Part shown: in pieces, positions 20,632-30,452 of the stretch | How the letters are laid out: every line of letters begins with the position of its first letter | How positions within the stretch are numbered: position 1 is the first letter of the stretch | IMG/VR virus record: IMGVR_UViG_3300045988_092738 | Origin: a virus | Direction: 5' to 3' (one strand) | Length of the DNA stretch: 42,595 bases | Notes under the pieces: generated by a model | Told to the model about the DNA's origin: nothing | The model's input: the letters and a program-made list of their open reading frames with translations, nothing else | Databases searched by the model: none | Position numbers and translations under genes: made by a program

Positions 20632-21675
20632 CTAAGTTTTAATCCATTTTGCAACAAGCGTCCCCGGCTCTATGGAGACTTTATAATCTGAGTAGCTGTT
20701 AGCCGCCACAACCGCCCGGATTCGTTGTACTGAAGTGCTCAGCTCACTTTGGAGTAACACCAGCTTATCTGTCTGACCGTCTACTTCCCCGGCATACGCC
20801 ATGCCAATCAGGGTTGTACTCTGAGTGCTGTTTAAATATGACGCTGCGATCCCTGTCAGGCCTAACTCGTTTAGTCCAGAATAGGCGCCATCACCAAAAA
20901 AATTGTCTGTACTTGTTGCGTATGGGGAAATCGTGATTGTCAAAGTCGAATTTGCATATGCTTCGTATATATCTCCATTTTTATAAATATCAAGTTGCGC
21001 TGTCTGTTGTACCCGTACGCCAAGATTGTTGATTTGCGTCTGAATGTTAGAAGTCACACCATCCAGATATCCCAGCTCCGTGCTCGTCACGGCGCTCACC
21101 GCCACCTTGCCGCTGCCGTTGGACACCAGCGCCCGGTTGGCCGTCAGGTTGCTGCCCGTAATGGTGCTGGCCCCACCCGTCACAGTCGCCTGTTTGCCGT
21201 TGAGCGCAGTCTGGGTTGCCGTGCTAATGGGCTTACTCAGGTCCGAGGTGTTGTCCACATTCCCCAACCCAACCTGTACCTTCGTCACGCCGTGCGGATT
21301 GGATTTGTCGTTGATATGGGCCGTCAGATTGGATTGGACGCTGTCTGCGCTTCCCTCAGGATCGTAGCCCAGAGCCGGAATCTGTGTTACTGGCACTTTC
21401 CCATTTCCGTCAAGGCTTGCAGCTCCATTTGCCACCCCCAGCGGTAACTGAGAGGCAGGGACTTTCCCATCTGCGCCCAACTCCGGCATGTTTTCCATCG
21501 CATTGCCGAGTGCATTGATTCCATTCTCCGCCGCATTCACTTGCTGCATGAGGTAGTTATATCCATGCTGTTCCGTTAGCCCTACATCTGTACCATTTGG
21601 GCCAACGGTCTGCCCATATACCCAATCTTCCGGTAGATTTGCCGGAAGTGGCGTCTTAATTGGGTTTTCAGCCAT
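20632..21675 (-). CDS. Tail fibre protein (347 aa)
   Basis: Start MAENPIKTPLPANLPEDW after AAGGAG. GADGKVPASQLP and GLGNVDNTSDLSKPISTATQ motifs. Shares a ~100-aa module with 18000..18746. Confidence 0.7.
   Translation of the reverse strand: MAENPIKTPLPANLPEDWVYGQTVGPNGTDVGLTEQHGYNYLMQQVNAAENGINALGNAMENMPELGADGKVPASQLPLGVANGAASLDGNGKVPVTQIPALGYDPEGSADSVQSNLTAHINDKSNPHGVTKVQVGLGNVDNTSDLSKPISTATQTALNGKQATVTGGASTITGSNLTANRALVSNGSGKVAVSAVTSTELGYLDGVTSNIQTQINNLGVRVQQTAQLDIYKNGDIYEAYANSTLTITISPYATSTDNFFGDGAYSGLNELGLTGIAASYLNSTQSTTLIGMAYAGEVDGQTDKLVLLQSELSTSVQRIRAVVAANSYSDYKVSIEPGTLVAKWIKT
21028..21332. repeat. 305-bp direct repeat, copy B (within fibre gene 20632..21675)
   Basis: About 94% identical to 18093-18397. 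Confidence 0.9.
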
Positions 21676-22573
21676 TGCTTGCCACTCCTTCCGCAACTGG
21701 AATTGTATGTTTTATGATAGTACTTGCATCTACTGGGACATAGACCGTGGATGTGGTCAGCACTGTGCCGGTTGAATCCAAAAGCTCCACTTTTGTGATC
21801 TCCTGCACTTGCTCCATCGGGACGGAATAAGTGATTGTCAGTGTGGAGCTGTCGACTTCCTTCTCGAGCATGTCGATCAGGATTGTCCCATTCAGCCTTG
21901 CTTTTACAATATCCGCGGCGACGAAGTTTGCCGTTCCGGCCAACAACGCTTCCTGGATAGATGGTGTGTCTGGCATTTTTATCACTCCTTGCGGCTGTTC
22001 TGAGGCAAATGGCAGAACGCCCATCCCCCATGCTCCAAGCCGGTAATTATATCGCAGCTCCGAATATTCAATCTGTTCTGCAAGCAATAGGCCGGCTCTT
22101 AAATATGGAGTATTGACAAAAACAATGTGTGCCGGCTTGATTCTCCCGATCGTATAAGCCACCTCTGTGGCATATTGCTGGTTTTCTGCGCTGCTTTCGA
22201 TGTACAGGGTGTAATGTGGATAGTCCACTGTGATCGTCCATTCCCCCGGCCCAATCAGCTCGTCCAGTTTCTGACGCAGAAACTGAAGCGTAAACGGCGG
22301 CCGTGTGGACGCCCGATTCAGGACTCTTGCGCGCCGAAACTCTAACGATTCCGTCGCCGGATTCGGTGTAATCTGAAAGATCTGTTCCCACTGGCTTACT
22401 GCACCGGCATCCATTGTCTGAAAAAAGAAGTTGTTTGCAACTGCGGCAATTTCTGTTGCGAGTGCTTCCATCTGCACCTGTTCTGCTTGACAAATCTGTT
22501 GATAGTCCAAAATCCGTCGGTACCACGGCGGAAGCAACGCCAGCAGATCCGCGTCCAACTCGATTTTATTCAT
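21668..22573 (-). CDS. Baseplate/tail protein, XkdU/YmfQ (DUF2313)-like with C-terminal extension
   Basis: LLALLPPWYRRILDYQQICQAEQ...FLRQKLDELIG pattern, positioned after the baseplate J gene. Confidence 0.6.
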   Translation of the reverse strand: MNKIELDADLLALLPPWYRRILDYQQICQAEQVQMEALATEIAAVANNFFFQTMDAGAVSQWEQIFQITPNPATESLEFRRARVLNRASTRPPFTLQFLRQKLDELIGPGEWTITVDYPHYTLYIESSAENQQYATEVAYTIGRIKPAHIVFVNTPYLRAGLLLAEQIEYSELRYNYRLGAWGMGVLPFASEQPQGVIKMPDTPSIQEALLAGTANFVAADIVKARLNGTILIDMLEKEVDSSTLTITYSVPMEQVQEITKVELLDSTGTVLTTSTVYVPVDASTIIKHTIPVAEGVASNG

Positions 22574-23678
22574 TCAGTGTCACCGTCCCCAATACAGGCA
22601 CTTGCTGTGTTTCTCCTGTCTGTGTCAGGATCAGATCGTTTGTCCCGCTGTTCAGCGTGACATTGGTGGCGTTTACAACGCCCACTGTGCCGACAATTGC
22701 AGCCGTCACTCTTGCAAGATACACATTTGCTGCATATTCTACGGTTGTACTGCCGACCATGTTTCCCCAACTCTGCCGGACTGTCAGCAGATAGCTCTCG
22801 ATCGCCGCCTCAATCAGTGGCTTCACCTGTTCCAAGCTGTAACCACTGGATAACACAATGGTAGCCTCAACATTAACTGTCACGGTCTCTGGCGCCGTTA
22901 TCGTAACCTTTGCGCCGATCGGTGCCAGGCCGAGTCCCTGTCCCTGTGTAACCGGGTCAATCGCCGTCTGAACATTTTTGACCAATTCCTCTGAGGCCGG
23001 CAAATAATCCGCCCCCAGGATGGCGCATTTGACCGTTCCACCGCCATCCCAGGTTGGGTATACCTGTACGGCGCCAACGCCGTCAATGGCCAGAATATCG
23101 GTTCGGTAAGACGCAATATTTCCGCCAAACGGTCGATCGTTCAATGCCGTAATCAGACGGGCACGCAATTCTTCGTCTGTTTCGGTGTCGTCACCAGGCA
23201 CCAGAATATCTGTGATTTGCGCAGATGTCAGGCCGGGAATGTTGGTGATTGGGAGGATCGGCCCAGAATAATCGTTTCCAATGCTTCCCGGCGTTTCTGC
23301 AGTCAGCTGGTACTGATTTGCCCCTTCTGCCGGTGCAGTTACAACAAAATTAATACTGTCTGCGCCGTTAATAGTCGAGAAGCGTGCTCCAGCCGGCACT
23401 GCCGTATTAAAAACGCCGAGCCGTACCGCAGCGGATGCCGGATACCTTGTAAGTCCGGCCAGCGTTGCCAGATAGTCAAGTGACTGCCCAACCGCTGTCT
23501 GCACAAATGCCTGTTTTTGCACTTGATTCAGGCTGAGGTAAAAGCCGGCAAGTACAAAAGCAGCAGGTCCAAGCGCCGTCGGAATGGGGCTGCCATCCCG
23601 CTTATCATAGGTATCCGGAATTTGGGCCAGCATCTTCTGCAATAGCGCCTGATAGGTATCTTCTGAAAAATCAATCAA
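22566..23678 (-). CDS. Baseplate J-like protein (XkdT-like)
   Basis: 370 aa. N-terminal DTYDKRDGSPI...ETDEELRAR motif typical of the baseplate J family. Confidence 0.8.
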   Translation of the reverse strand: MIDFSEDTYQALLQKMLAQIPDTYDKRDGSPIPTALGPAAFVLAGFYLSLNQVQKQAFVQTAVGQSLDYLATLAGLTRYPASAAVRLGVFNTAVPAGARFSTINGADSINFVVTAPAEGANQYQLTAETPGSIGNDYSGPILPITNIPGLTSAQITDILVPGDDTETDEELRARLITALNDRPFGGNIASYRTDILAIDGVGAVQVYPTWDGGGTVKCAILGADYLPASEELVKNVQTAIDPVTQGQGLGLAPIGAKVTITAPETVTVNVEATIVLSSGYSLEQVKPLIEAAIESYLLTVRQSWGNMVGSTTVEYAANVYLARVTAAIVGTVGVVNATNVTLNSGTNDLILTQTGETQQVPVLGTVTLNE

Positions 23679-24085
23679 GATAATGTCACCTCCGTGTCTG
23701 CCCGCAGGCTTCCATACACCGTGTTCACCGTCATTTCTGCCGTGAGTATGTCGCCGGAGACGGTATAAGCAAAATCAGAAATGCTTCGCACACGGTCATC
23801 CATCCGCAGGGCCTCTGTTATGCGGCGCTTCAGCTCTGCGGCAACATATCCCGGGTCTTCTCCAATGAGTCCGTCAAATTGGACGCCGGTATAGGGAGAA
23901 TAAATTTGCCATCGGAAGCGCTCAATATGCAGAATGACCTCTACAGCCTGTCGCACAGCCTCCAGATCGTCTGTCGTCCCAGAAATGCGTCTGTTGTTCT
24001 GATCGATCTTCCAGGTCAAACCAGGCTGCTGCTGATATACAACACCCCCTGTGAGATCCGGGCCGCCAGTCGGTAGTGTCGCCAT
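23675..24085 (-). CDS. Baseplate protein, XkdS (DUF2634)-like
   Basis: Internal ATG MATLPTGGPDL after SD gaggggtga. ...LEAVRQAVEVILHIERFRWQIYS pattern. Confidence 0.6.
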   Translation of the reverse strand: MATLPTGGPDLTGGVVYQQQPGLTWKIDQNNRRISGTTDDLEAVRQAVEVILHIERFRWQIYSPYTGVQFDGLIGEDPGYVAAELKRRITEALRMDDRVRSISDFAYTVSGDILTAEMTVNTVYGSLRADTEVTLS

Positions 24086-24089
24086 TTCA

Positions 24090-24482
24090 TCACCCCTCAA
24101 AAATTCTGGAGAGCACGATAAAACGCTGGCCGCCCTGTACACGGAGCAACAGCACGCGATCACCGACCGCAAGCGCTCGATTAAGGACGATATATCCGGA
24201 CTCCACCGGAAGTGCTTTCCCATTTTCCACGCAGGAAATGTCTCCAAGCGCCGAGCTTGTTGTGCTTTCTCCAACCGTATGGCTGTGTCCAATCGTGGGA
24301 ATTTTCTTCTCCACGACGGCTGCCGTCAGGAGCAAAACCGGAGCGCGCAAGGGTGCCATTGCCGTGTTAATGGTGATCTCCAATGGATTGTCATGTGTCA
24401 CCGTCCCGATGCGCAGATCCGTCGGCTGGCTTGCCTGGACGCTCTGCTGCACCATTTGATGCACGATGTCTGCCGCTCTCAT
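24090..24482 (-). CDS. Baseplate protein, XkdR (DUF2577)-like
   Basis: 130 aa. DLRIGTVTHDNPLEITIN...HSHTV pattern. Confidence 0.6.
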   Translation of the reverse strand: MRAADIVHQMVQQSVQASQPTDLRIGTVTHDNPLEITINTAMAPLRAPVLLLTAAVVEKKIPTIGHSHTVGESTTSSALGDISCVENGKALPVESGYIVLNRALAVGDRVLLLRVQGGQRFIVLSRIFEG

Positions 24483-24485
24483 CGC

Positions 24486-25451
24486 TCAAAACTCCCTTGT
24501 CTCAATTTCCATTTCATGTTTGTCATTTTCCCAGGTATGTGTAATTTGCTCAATGAGCATATATTGATCAAGGTCGATATCGCCCAAATCCGGAATCCGC
24601 ATCAGCATCAGCTGCCCGGCGCGCAGGCCCGGCACGCCAAGCGCGGAAACCGATAAGCTCCGGCGCCTTCGGTTGTAATATGCCAGTGTCTCTTCTGCCC
24701 TTGCCTTCATCTGCGCATCATTTAATTCCTCATCGACCTTCTGGTAGAGCTGCAGCAGCCCCCAGAGTCCGATATGGTAACTGTCTTGGGCAATATAGAC
24801 AGACGCGCGGCCCGTCTCTTCATTCGGCCTTGCCAGCTTCACGCTGTTATAAACCTGGTCATCGATGTCGGTTTTGTAGGTATACTCAGTCAGAAGCGAC
24901 TGTGTCCCCAATATGACATTGGAGACCAGATTTGCACATTCTCTCAGAGAAAGCCCACTCCCGTCATCGTACAGAACAAACAACCGCCCTGTGTTGAGAA
25001 GTGTCTGCTGAATTGCCGACTCCAGAATGTCAAGGCAGGACTGATCTTCTTCTATCAGAGATGGGATGGCGTATCCAGTATCCTCAATCATGCCTGTCTC
25101 AATCTCAAGGTCCTCTGCAATCTGCCGCAGAATCTCACCTGCCGTCTGATTGTAAAATGCATAGGATGCGTTTGCCTTCAGATAGCGCAGCCGGTCATAA
25201 CAGGTAACTTCAATTTCACCCCATCGATTTTTGCTTTTTGTAAATACCCATCCATAAAACTGCAGTTGTCCATTTTCCGAGAATCTGACAATGTCACCTT
25301 CCAGAAAATCCAGGCCGCCGGACTTGTTGATTTTAAAATTCAATGTGCCGGGACTTCCCGTTCGATTGGTTTCCCAGGTAATCGATTGGGTGCAGTTTGC
25401 AACGCTGAAAATCTGGCCGGTGCGCTTGTTGCAGATCAAAAGCTCTATCAT
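24486..25451 (-). CDS. Tail/baseplate hub protein, XkdQ-like (late control D-like)
   Basis: Start MIELLICNKRTGQIF in an ATGA overlap with the upstream stop. Size and position match XkdQ. Confidence 0.6.
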   Translation of the reverse strand: MIELLICNKRTGQIFSVANCTQSITWETNRTGSPGTLNFKINKSGGLDFLEGDIVRFSENGQLQFYGWVFTKSKNRWGEIEVTCYDRLRYLKANASYAFYNQTAGEILRQIAEDLEIETGMIEDTGYAIPSLIEEDQSCLDILESAIQQTLLNTGRLFVLYDDGSGLSLRECANLVSNVILGTQSLLTEYTYKTDIDDQVYNSVKLARPNEETGRASVYIAQDSYHIGLWGLLQLYQKVDEELNDAQMKARAEETLAYYNRRRRSLSVSALGVPGLRAGQLMLMRIPDLGDIDLDQYMLIEQITHTWENDKHEMEIETREF

Positions 25452-26191
25452 GTTTCGCTCACCACCTGCAGCGCAGATTTTGCCATCCACCCCAGTGCGC
25501 CGCCGCTTTGTGTGGTCACATGAACCGGATATGGCCTGGACTGATCGACAATGCGGGAGATAAGAACCTGCTGACCATTTGCATTTCCGTGAGGTTCATC
25601 CCCTAAGCTGGTGTAGTAATATGGACCGTTTGCAATGGCAGACGCGCCGGCATAAAGTTGGCCGCTCGGAATCTGCCGGGAGGGTTCTGTCGTCACCACT
25701 GCGGCCTGTCCATCCGTAGACGGCTGCTGTATCTGAAAGGTCTGCGGCGTATAGTCTCTGTACTCAGTTAGAGTCAGATCATAATAGAAATCGCCTGTCT
25801 CACCGCCGCGTTCTTCGGTGTTAAACTGTGTCACAAGCACCGTCATTCCGGTATCTCCAGTCATAAACGGTGTCCCGTCCTCATAAAACCGGGATACCGT
25901 ATAAACAATGGGGACTTTGTCTTTCATCGCGCTTTCAAAAAAATTGATATAAAACTCGGGCGGTTCAAACCGGCCAGAGGTCAAAACGCCGGGAAAGACA
26001 CGGCCCGGAAAATAGCTGGAAATGGTGACAACCCGAAGTGATGGCGTGCGCGGCACCATAATTGGTCCGATTCCGAGCACATTGTAATCATCGTTCTCAT
26101 TGTCGCGTTCCACTGGTAATTTTTCCGGATTGACCGGGAGGCGGATCACGACATTGTCCCGGGCAAAAAACAGTCCGAAATTGTTTGCCAT
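25448..26191 (-). CDS. Tail protein in XkdP position (no clear LysM seen)
   Basis: 247 aa, directly after the tape measure gene. Call is by synteny only. Confidence 0.45.
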   Translation of the reverse strand: MANNFGLFFARDNVVIRLPVNPEKLPVERDNENDDYNVLGIGPIMVPRTPSLRVVTISSYFPGRVFPGVLTSGRFEPPEFYINFFESAMKDKVPIVYTVSRFYEDGTPFMTGDTGMTVLVTQFNTEERGGETGDFYYDLTLTEYRDYTPQTFQIQQPSTDGQAAVVTTEPSRQIPSGQLYAGASAIANGPYYYTSLGDEPHGNANGQQVLISRIVDQSRPYPVHVTTQSGGALGWMAKSALQVVSET

Positions 26192-26203
26192 GTATCCGCC
26201 TCC

Positions 26204-28021
26204 TTAAAATGCATGTGCCGTCGACCGAATGGAGCCAGATGCTGCCTGCGAAACCAGGATATCCCGGATCGCATTTGCAAGCCCCTGACGGTCCGCCGCA
26301 GTATTGCCGGTATTTTGCCCTGTGATATTGATCACCGGCGTTTGGTTTGTCAGATTGATGTTATTCACATACCGCCGTTCCGCTACATCCACAAGCGACT
26401 CCAAATCCTCTTCTGACATGGAAACCGACTTGTTGATACTGCCAACATTACTGGAGATATCGTCCAGTTGTGACGAAATTTCATCGTAGGAAGACGAACC
26501 ACCTCCCGGATTTGCCATTTGTGCAGCTTGCTGTGCCTGAATCTCTGCCTGCCTTGCCGCATGATTGGCATCTCGCTCACTCCACATATTAGCCAGCTTA
26601 TCCGCCCTCTCCTGCGTTTTTTGTTCTGCCTCCGCTCTGGCGGCCTCTAGTGCCTCATTACGCTGCGCCTTAGCTGCCTCATTTTCTGCAGCCGCTGTTG
26701 CCGCAAAGGTTAAATGTTCGATTGGATTTATTGAGATGACAGGAATAACTGTATTTATTTTTTCAATAAACCAGTTAATAATGTCAATTGCACCGTTTAC
26801 CATATTTTGTAAAATGGTAAGAACATTTACCTTCATGTCTCCCATCCAGTTCGCAATAGATACGCCGACAGCCTGAATTTTCAAAGAAAGTGTATCGAAC
26901 AAGTCCATAACAAAATATACACCCGTAAAAAATCCGGCTTTTAGCGTGTCCCACGCATATAAAACTGCATCTACCACAATCAGCCAAGCAATTTTCAAGC
27001 CACCAACCGATTGAATCCAAGAATAAATTGCTGCTATAACAACTGCAATTGCTAATGCAATATAAGTCAATGGATTGGTTAATAATGTGGTGAAAAATGC
27101 TTTTGCCGCTCCTGTTGCAATCCACTGTGCCACCGCATAAAATGTGGCCGCCGCCGCAAGCCCATAAAAGGCTGCTATTGCTATATCCATGTTATTTCCA
27201 ATCCAATCCGAAAGCGCACCAACTATATCCAATATCGGCTGAAAGGTTTCTATCAGAACATTCTGCATTTGCGTCCAGACTTGTCCCCATGTCATCGGCA
27301 TCTCTTCAAACTTTGCGTTTGTCTCTTCTGCCGCGGCGAACATGGCATTTTTAACAACCTCTGCGGTCAGTTTCCCCTCAGACGCCAGCTCGCGCATTTC
27401 GCCGGTTGTAACGCCCATATAATCTGCAATGGTCTTTGCAATCATGGGGGTCTGTTCCAAAACAGAATTGAGCTCTTCTCCGCGCAATGTTCCAGAAGAA
27501 AGGCCCTGGGTAAGCTGCAGCATGGCCGCCTGGGCTTCCTGTGTTGTCGTCCCGGAAAGCACCATTTGTTTGTTAATTTGTTCAGCAAAGGCTACAATCT
27601 CTGCGCTGCTGTCAAAAGCACTTCCAGCCAGATTGCCGAGTTTCGCCACAAATGCCGCAGTCTCAGCATAGGAGCCTCTGGATCTCTGTGCCGATTCATA
27701 GATCATTTGGTTAAGCTCTTCTGTGGTCTGCAATCCATCGTTCATCATGTCAATACGCGCTCTTGTAGATACCAGCGTGTCTGACATATTTAGAACGGCC
27801 TGGACTCCCCGGAGGCTGAGGTAGGCACCAACCAACCCTCTAATACTATTGGTGAGCGTATTGCTCGCGGTTGCAGCACTTTTCTGGCTCTTGGTAAACT
27901 GATCGACTGCGCGTTTTGCCTGATTGGTGGCGCCGGCCGCCTGCTCCCCAAGTCGAATATACCGGGTAAAGGTCTGTGTGAATTTGTCATATAAAACCAG
28001 TTCTTCCCGAATCTGTGCCAC
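26204..28021 (-). CDS. Tail tape measure protein
   Basis: 605 aa, GTG start after ggaggtga. Helical N-part, central multi-TM-like hydrophobic block, position after the chaperone pair. Confidence 0.85.
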   Translation of the reverse strand: MAQIREELVLYDKFTQTFTRYIRLGEQAAGATNQAKRAVDQFTKSQKSAATASNTLTNSIRGLVGAYLSLRGVQAVLNMSDTLVSTRARIDMMNDGLQTTEELNQMIYESAQRSRGSYAETAAFVAKLGNLAGSAFDSSAEIVAFAEQINKQMVLSGTTTQEAQAAMLQLTQGLSSGTLRGEELNSVLEQTPMIAKTIADYMGVTTGEMRELASEGKLTAEVVKNAMFAAAEETNAKFEEMPMTWGQVWTQMQNVLIETFQPILDIVGALSDWIGNNMDIAIAAFYGLAAAATFYAVAQWIATGAAKAFFTTLLTNPLTYIALAIAVVIAAIYSWIQSVGGLKIAWLIVVDAVLYAWDTLKAGFFTGVYFVMDLFDTLSLKIQAVGVSIANWMGDMKVNVLTILQNMVNGAIDIINWFIEKINTVIPVISINPIEHLTFAATAAAENEAAKAQRNEALEAARAEAEQKTQERADKLANMWSERDANHAARQAEIQAQQAAQMANPGGGSSSYDEISSQLDDISSNVGSINKSVSMSEEDLESLVDVAERRYVNNINLTNQTPVINITGQNTGNTAADRQGLANAIRDILVSQAASGSIRSTAHAF

Positions 28022-28025
28022 GCGC

Positions 28026-28609
28026 TCACCTCCGTTTCGCCTTTTCCATGGATTCTTTCTGATCTCTCATACTTTTCAGCGCAAATTCCGTCACAAGGAG
28101 CTTTTCCCGCGGCGGTAAACTATCATACTTAGACGGCGCCCAGCCGAGATTTACAAAGCAATAGTAGGCTGTCAGTGTCTCCGCATCCCAGCTGGGCCCG
28201 CCAATCAGTTTTTTACTTCTGCCTCCAGATCGTTAAAACCGGACAGCGCTGAGATCTCCTGCATCAGCTTTGCATATTCACCGGACAGCAGCATCTTTCC
28301 AGGCACAAGCAGCGGGTCCATGACGCCGAAATGGTCGCAGATCTCCTTGCTTGTGAAATCCGGCTCCACTGTTGCGGCAACAACCATCCGATGAGAAAAA
28401 TCAACGCTGTCCAGCATCTCCGTCGTCTGGCCGTTGACCTTCATCCGCCGCGTCGCCTTTTTTGTGATTGCGTCCGTCTCTTCCTGAGACAAGGCTCTAA
28501 TTTTGAACGGCACGGGCGCACCATTCTCATCCAAAAAGCGGTTGGAAATTACAATTTCCTTTTCTTCTCCTGAGGTTGCAGGATTCAAAAATGCAGAAAG
28601 TTTGCTCAT
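28026..28609 (-). CDS. Tail assembly chaperone, -1 frameshift-extended form (G-T-like)
   Basis: The -1 frame after A_AAA_AAC stays open for 60 codons (LIGGPSWDAETLTAYYCFVNLGWAPSKYDSLPPREKLLV...) to TGA 28028..28026, 4 nt before the TMP start. Confidence 0.6.
28205..28609 (-). CDS. Tail assembly chaperone (XkdN-like), zero-frame product
   Basis: 134 aa. MSKLSAFLNP...VPFKIRALSQEETDAITKKA pattern. Lies between tube and TMP. Confidence 0.75.
   Translation of the reverse strand: MSKLSAFLNPATSGEEKEIVISNRFLDENGAPVPFKIRALSQEETDAITKKATRRMKVNGQTTEMLDSVDFSHRMVVAATVEPDFTSKEICDHFGVMDPLLVPGKMLLSGEYAKLMQEISALSGFNDLEAEVKN
28208..28214 (-). promoter_or_regulatory. Slippery heptamer A_AAA_AAC for programmed -1 frameshift
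   Basis: Minus strand gta-aaa-aac-tga. The heptamer ends at the last sense codon. Confidence 0.6.
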
Positions 28610-28624
28610 ATGGAATGCCTCCTA

Positions 28625-29098
28625 TCAATTGCCAAGCCGTGCCGGATCACGAAACGACTGCAGCCGCGCTACACGGGTATATGCAAAATTGAAATCATAG
28701 TTCAACATGGCCTCTTCATCGTTTAGGATCGACAGTGGGATCGTTCCGGTGAGCGTACAGCCGTAATAGGCCATCGACTGTGTACCGATACTGGTCGCCG
28801 GATCGTTGTTGGTGATCTGAATGTCAAACTCCGGCATAACGCCCGTCTGGATGTACTGCAGCACCATATCGGTAAACAGATTGGTACCGTAGTAGATATT
28901 TCCAGTGCCGGTCAACTTGGCGCCATTGTTTTTGTTCTGGATCGTCCGGGTGCCGATGACACGCATATCATTGGACTGGATTTCTGCATTGGTCGTAATG
29001 TTGCGCATGCAGGCGACTTCCATGTTTTTTCCATCGATGGTAACAAAGATTTTACCCTCCGCACCATTTACAGTGTCTTTTGCAAGTAAATAACTCAT
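28625..29098 (-). CDS. Tail tube protein (XkdM-like)
   Basis: 157 aa, immediately after the sheath gene. GKIFVTIDGKNMEVA...beta-rich. Confidence 0.75.
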   Translation of the reverse strand: MSYLLAKDTVNGAEGKIFVTIDGKNMEVACMRNITTNAEIQSNDMRVIGTRTIQNKNNGAKLTGTGNIYYGTNLFTDMVLQYIQTGVMPEFDIQITNNDPATSIGTQSMAYYGCTLTGTIPLSILNDEEAMLNYDFNFAYTRVARLQSFRDPARLGN

Positions 29099-29110
29099 CC
29101 CTGCACCTCC

Positions 29111-30448
29111 TTACGATACCTGAATCGTCATATAAATCTTTTCCGTTGCATCCACAACCTGAATTGCCAGATTCACCACAATGGCGTCGATGTCATTGCC
29201 GGGCAAAACTTCCACATCATCTGCAGTAAAATTCTGGATGCCCTGATTTGCCTGGATGTCGAGCAGATACCCTACAATGGCGGCCTTAAACTGTGCTCGT
29301 CCATCGGCGTTGTTGTTGACAATGCCAATATAGCTGTTGGAAAAAGTCGCATAGATGTCGTTTGCAATGGTGTTGCAAAGGCGCATCACCCGGTTTTTGT
29401 GGAACACCTTTCCAATATCGGTCGTATAGGTGACAAGGCTGTTGATGTCCTGTTCCACCTTTACCTGTCCATCCTCGGCAAAAAGCACAAATTCGCCCGC
29501 CTGAAGTGCTTCTGCATATTGACTGTTTGTCATCAAGGGGGAAGCAGAGACCGCATTGGGATATTGTGCGTAAGTAAGGCTCTCGTTGTAAAGCGCGCCG
29601 GCCTCTGCGCCGCCAACCCACCAAGTCGTCTGTGCCGCCGTAAGCGCTGTTCCGTCAGACAAAGTAACGCCGCTTTCCACATTGATGACATACCGGCTGT
29701 CCGGATTCGACAAACCAGAGGTGACAAGCTGAGAATACTGCCCGGCTTCATCTGCGATTCGTTCTACAAAAGCGATCATCGCATTCTGAACCGTGCTTTC
29801 CGTCCCATCGTAGATCAGAATGTCAAATTTATACGGTTCAATGGCATTCAGATAGGCCGAATAGGCTGCACTCTGTACCGTCCCATCTTCGCCGCCAGTC
29901 AACGGCTTGCCGGAATCCGCAGTCAACGCGCCGGTGCCGGAAAAGGTAACCCAATTGTTTCCCACAAGCGTATCTGCCGTTGCAGCCGTCTGTGTGTCTA
30001 CAACCGCGCCGTCCACCACAGTGGAAACTGCGAAGCTATCCTCTGGCTCTGTGAGAGCCGTAACAACAACGCTGATATCGTTGCCTCTTGTCCCCGGATA
30101 CTTTGCAGTCGCCGTCATTGTCCCAATCGTCACACTTGCCTGCGCAGAGCTGGACGCAGTTGGACGATACAGAAGCACTTTTCGAGGCGCTGCCGTTCGG
30201 TTGCTTCCTTTGAAAATCTCCTGTAAGAAGCGATTTTTCTCATTTGTGATGTCATAACCGGTATAAGGCGTCATGTCGGCGCCAGCCTCAATTTCCATCA
30301 CCTGTGCCACAGGGCCCCAAGACAAGGGCTCACAGATGGTTACAACGCCGCGATCCGACGCATTCAGGCTGAGATTTTCTGCGGACTGGAACCGGATATA
30401 GACACCGGGTCTGATCTTGTTCTGTGAAATCCATGTACCGCCGGCCAT
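29111..30448 (-). CDS. Contractile tail sheath protein
   Basis: Start MAGGTWISQNKIRPGVYIRF after AAGGAG. 445 aa. Typical sheath N-terminus and position. Confidence 0.85.
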   Translation of the reverse strand: MAGGTWISQNKIRPGVYIRFQSAENLSLNASDRGVVTICEPLSWGPVAQVMEIEAGADMTPYTGYDITNEKNRFLQEIFKGSNRTAAPRKVLLYRPTASSSAQASVTIGTMTATAKYPGTRGNDISVVVTALTEPEDSFAVSTVVDGAVVDTQTAATADTLVGNNWVTFSGTGALTADSGKPLTGGEDGTVQSAAYSAYLNAIEPYKFDILIYDGTESTVQNAMIAFVERIADEAGQYSQLVTSGLSNPDSRYVINVESGVTLSDGTALTAAQTTWWVGGAEAGALYNESLTYAQYPNAVSASPLMTNSQYAEALQAGEFVLFAEDGQVKVEQDINSLVTYTTDIGKVFHKNRVMRLCNTIANDIYATFSNSYIGIVNNNADGRAQFKAAIVGYLLDIQANQGIQNFTADDVEVLPGNDIDAIVVNLAIQVVDATEKIYMTIQVS

Positions 30449-30452
30449 AGAA

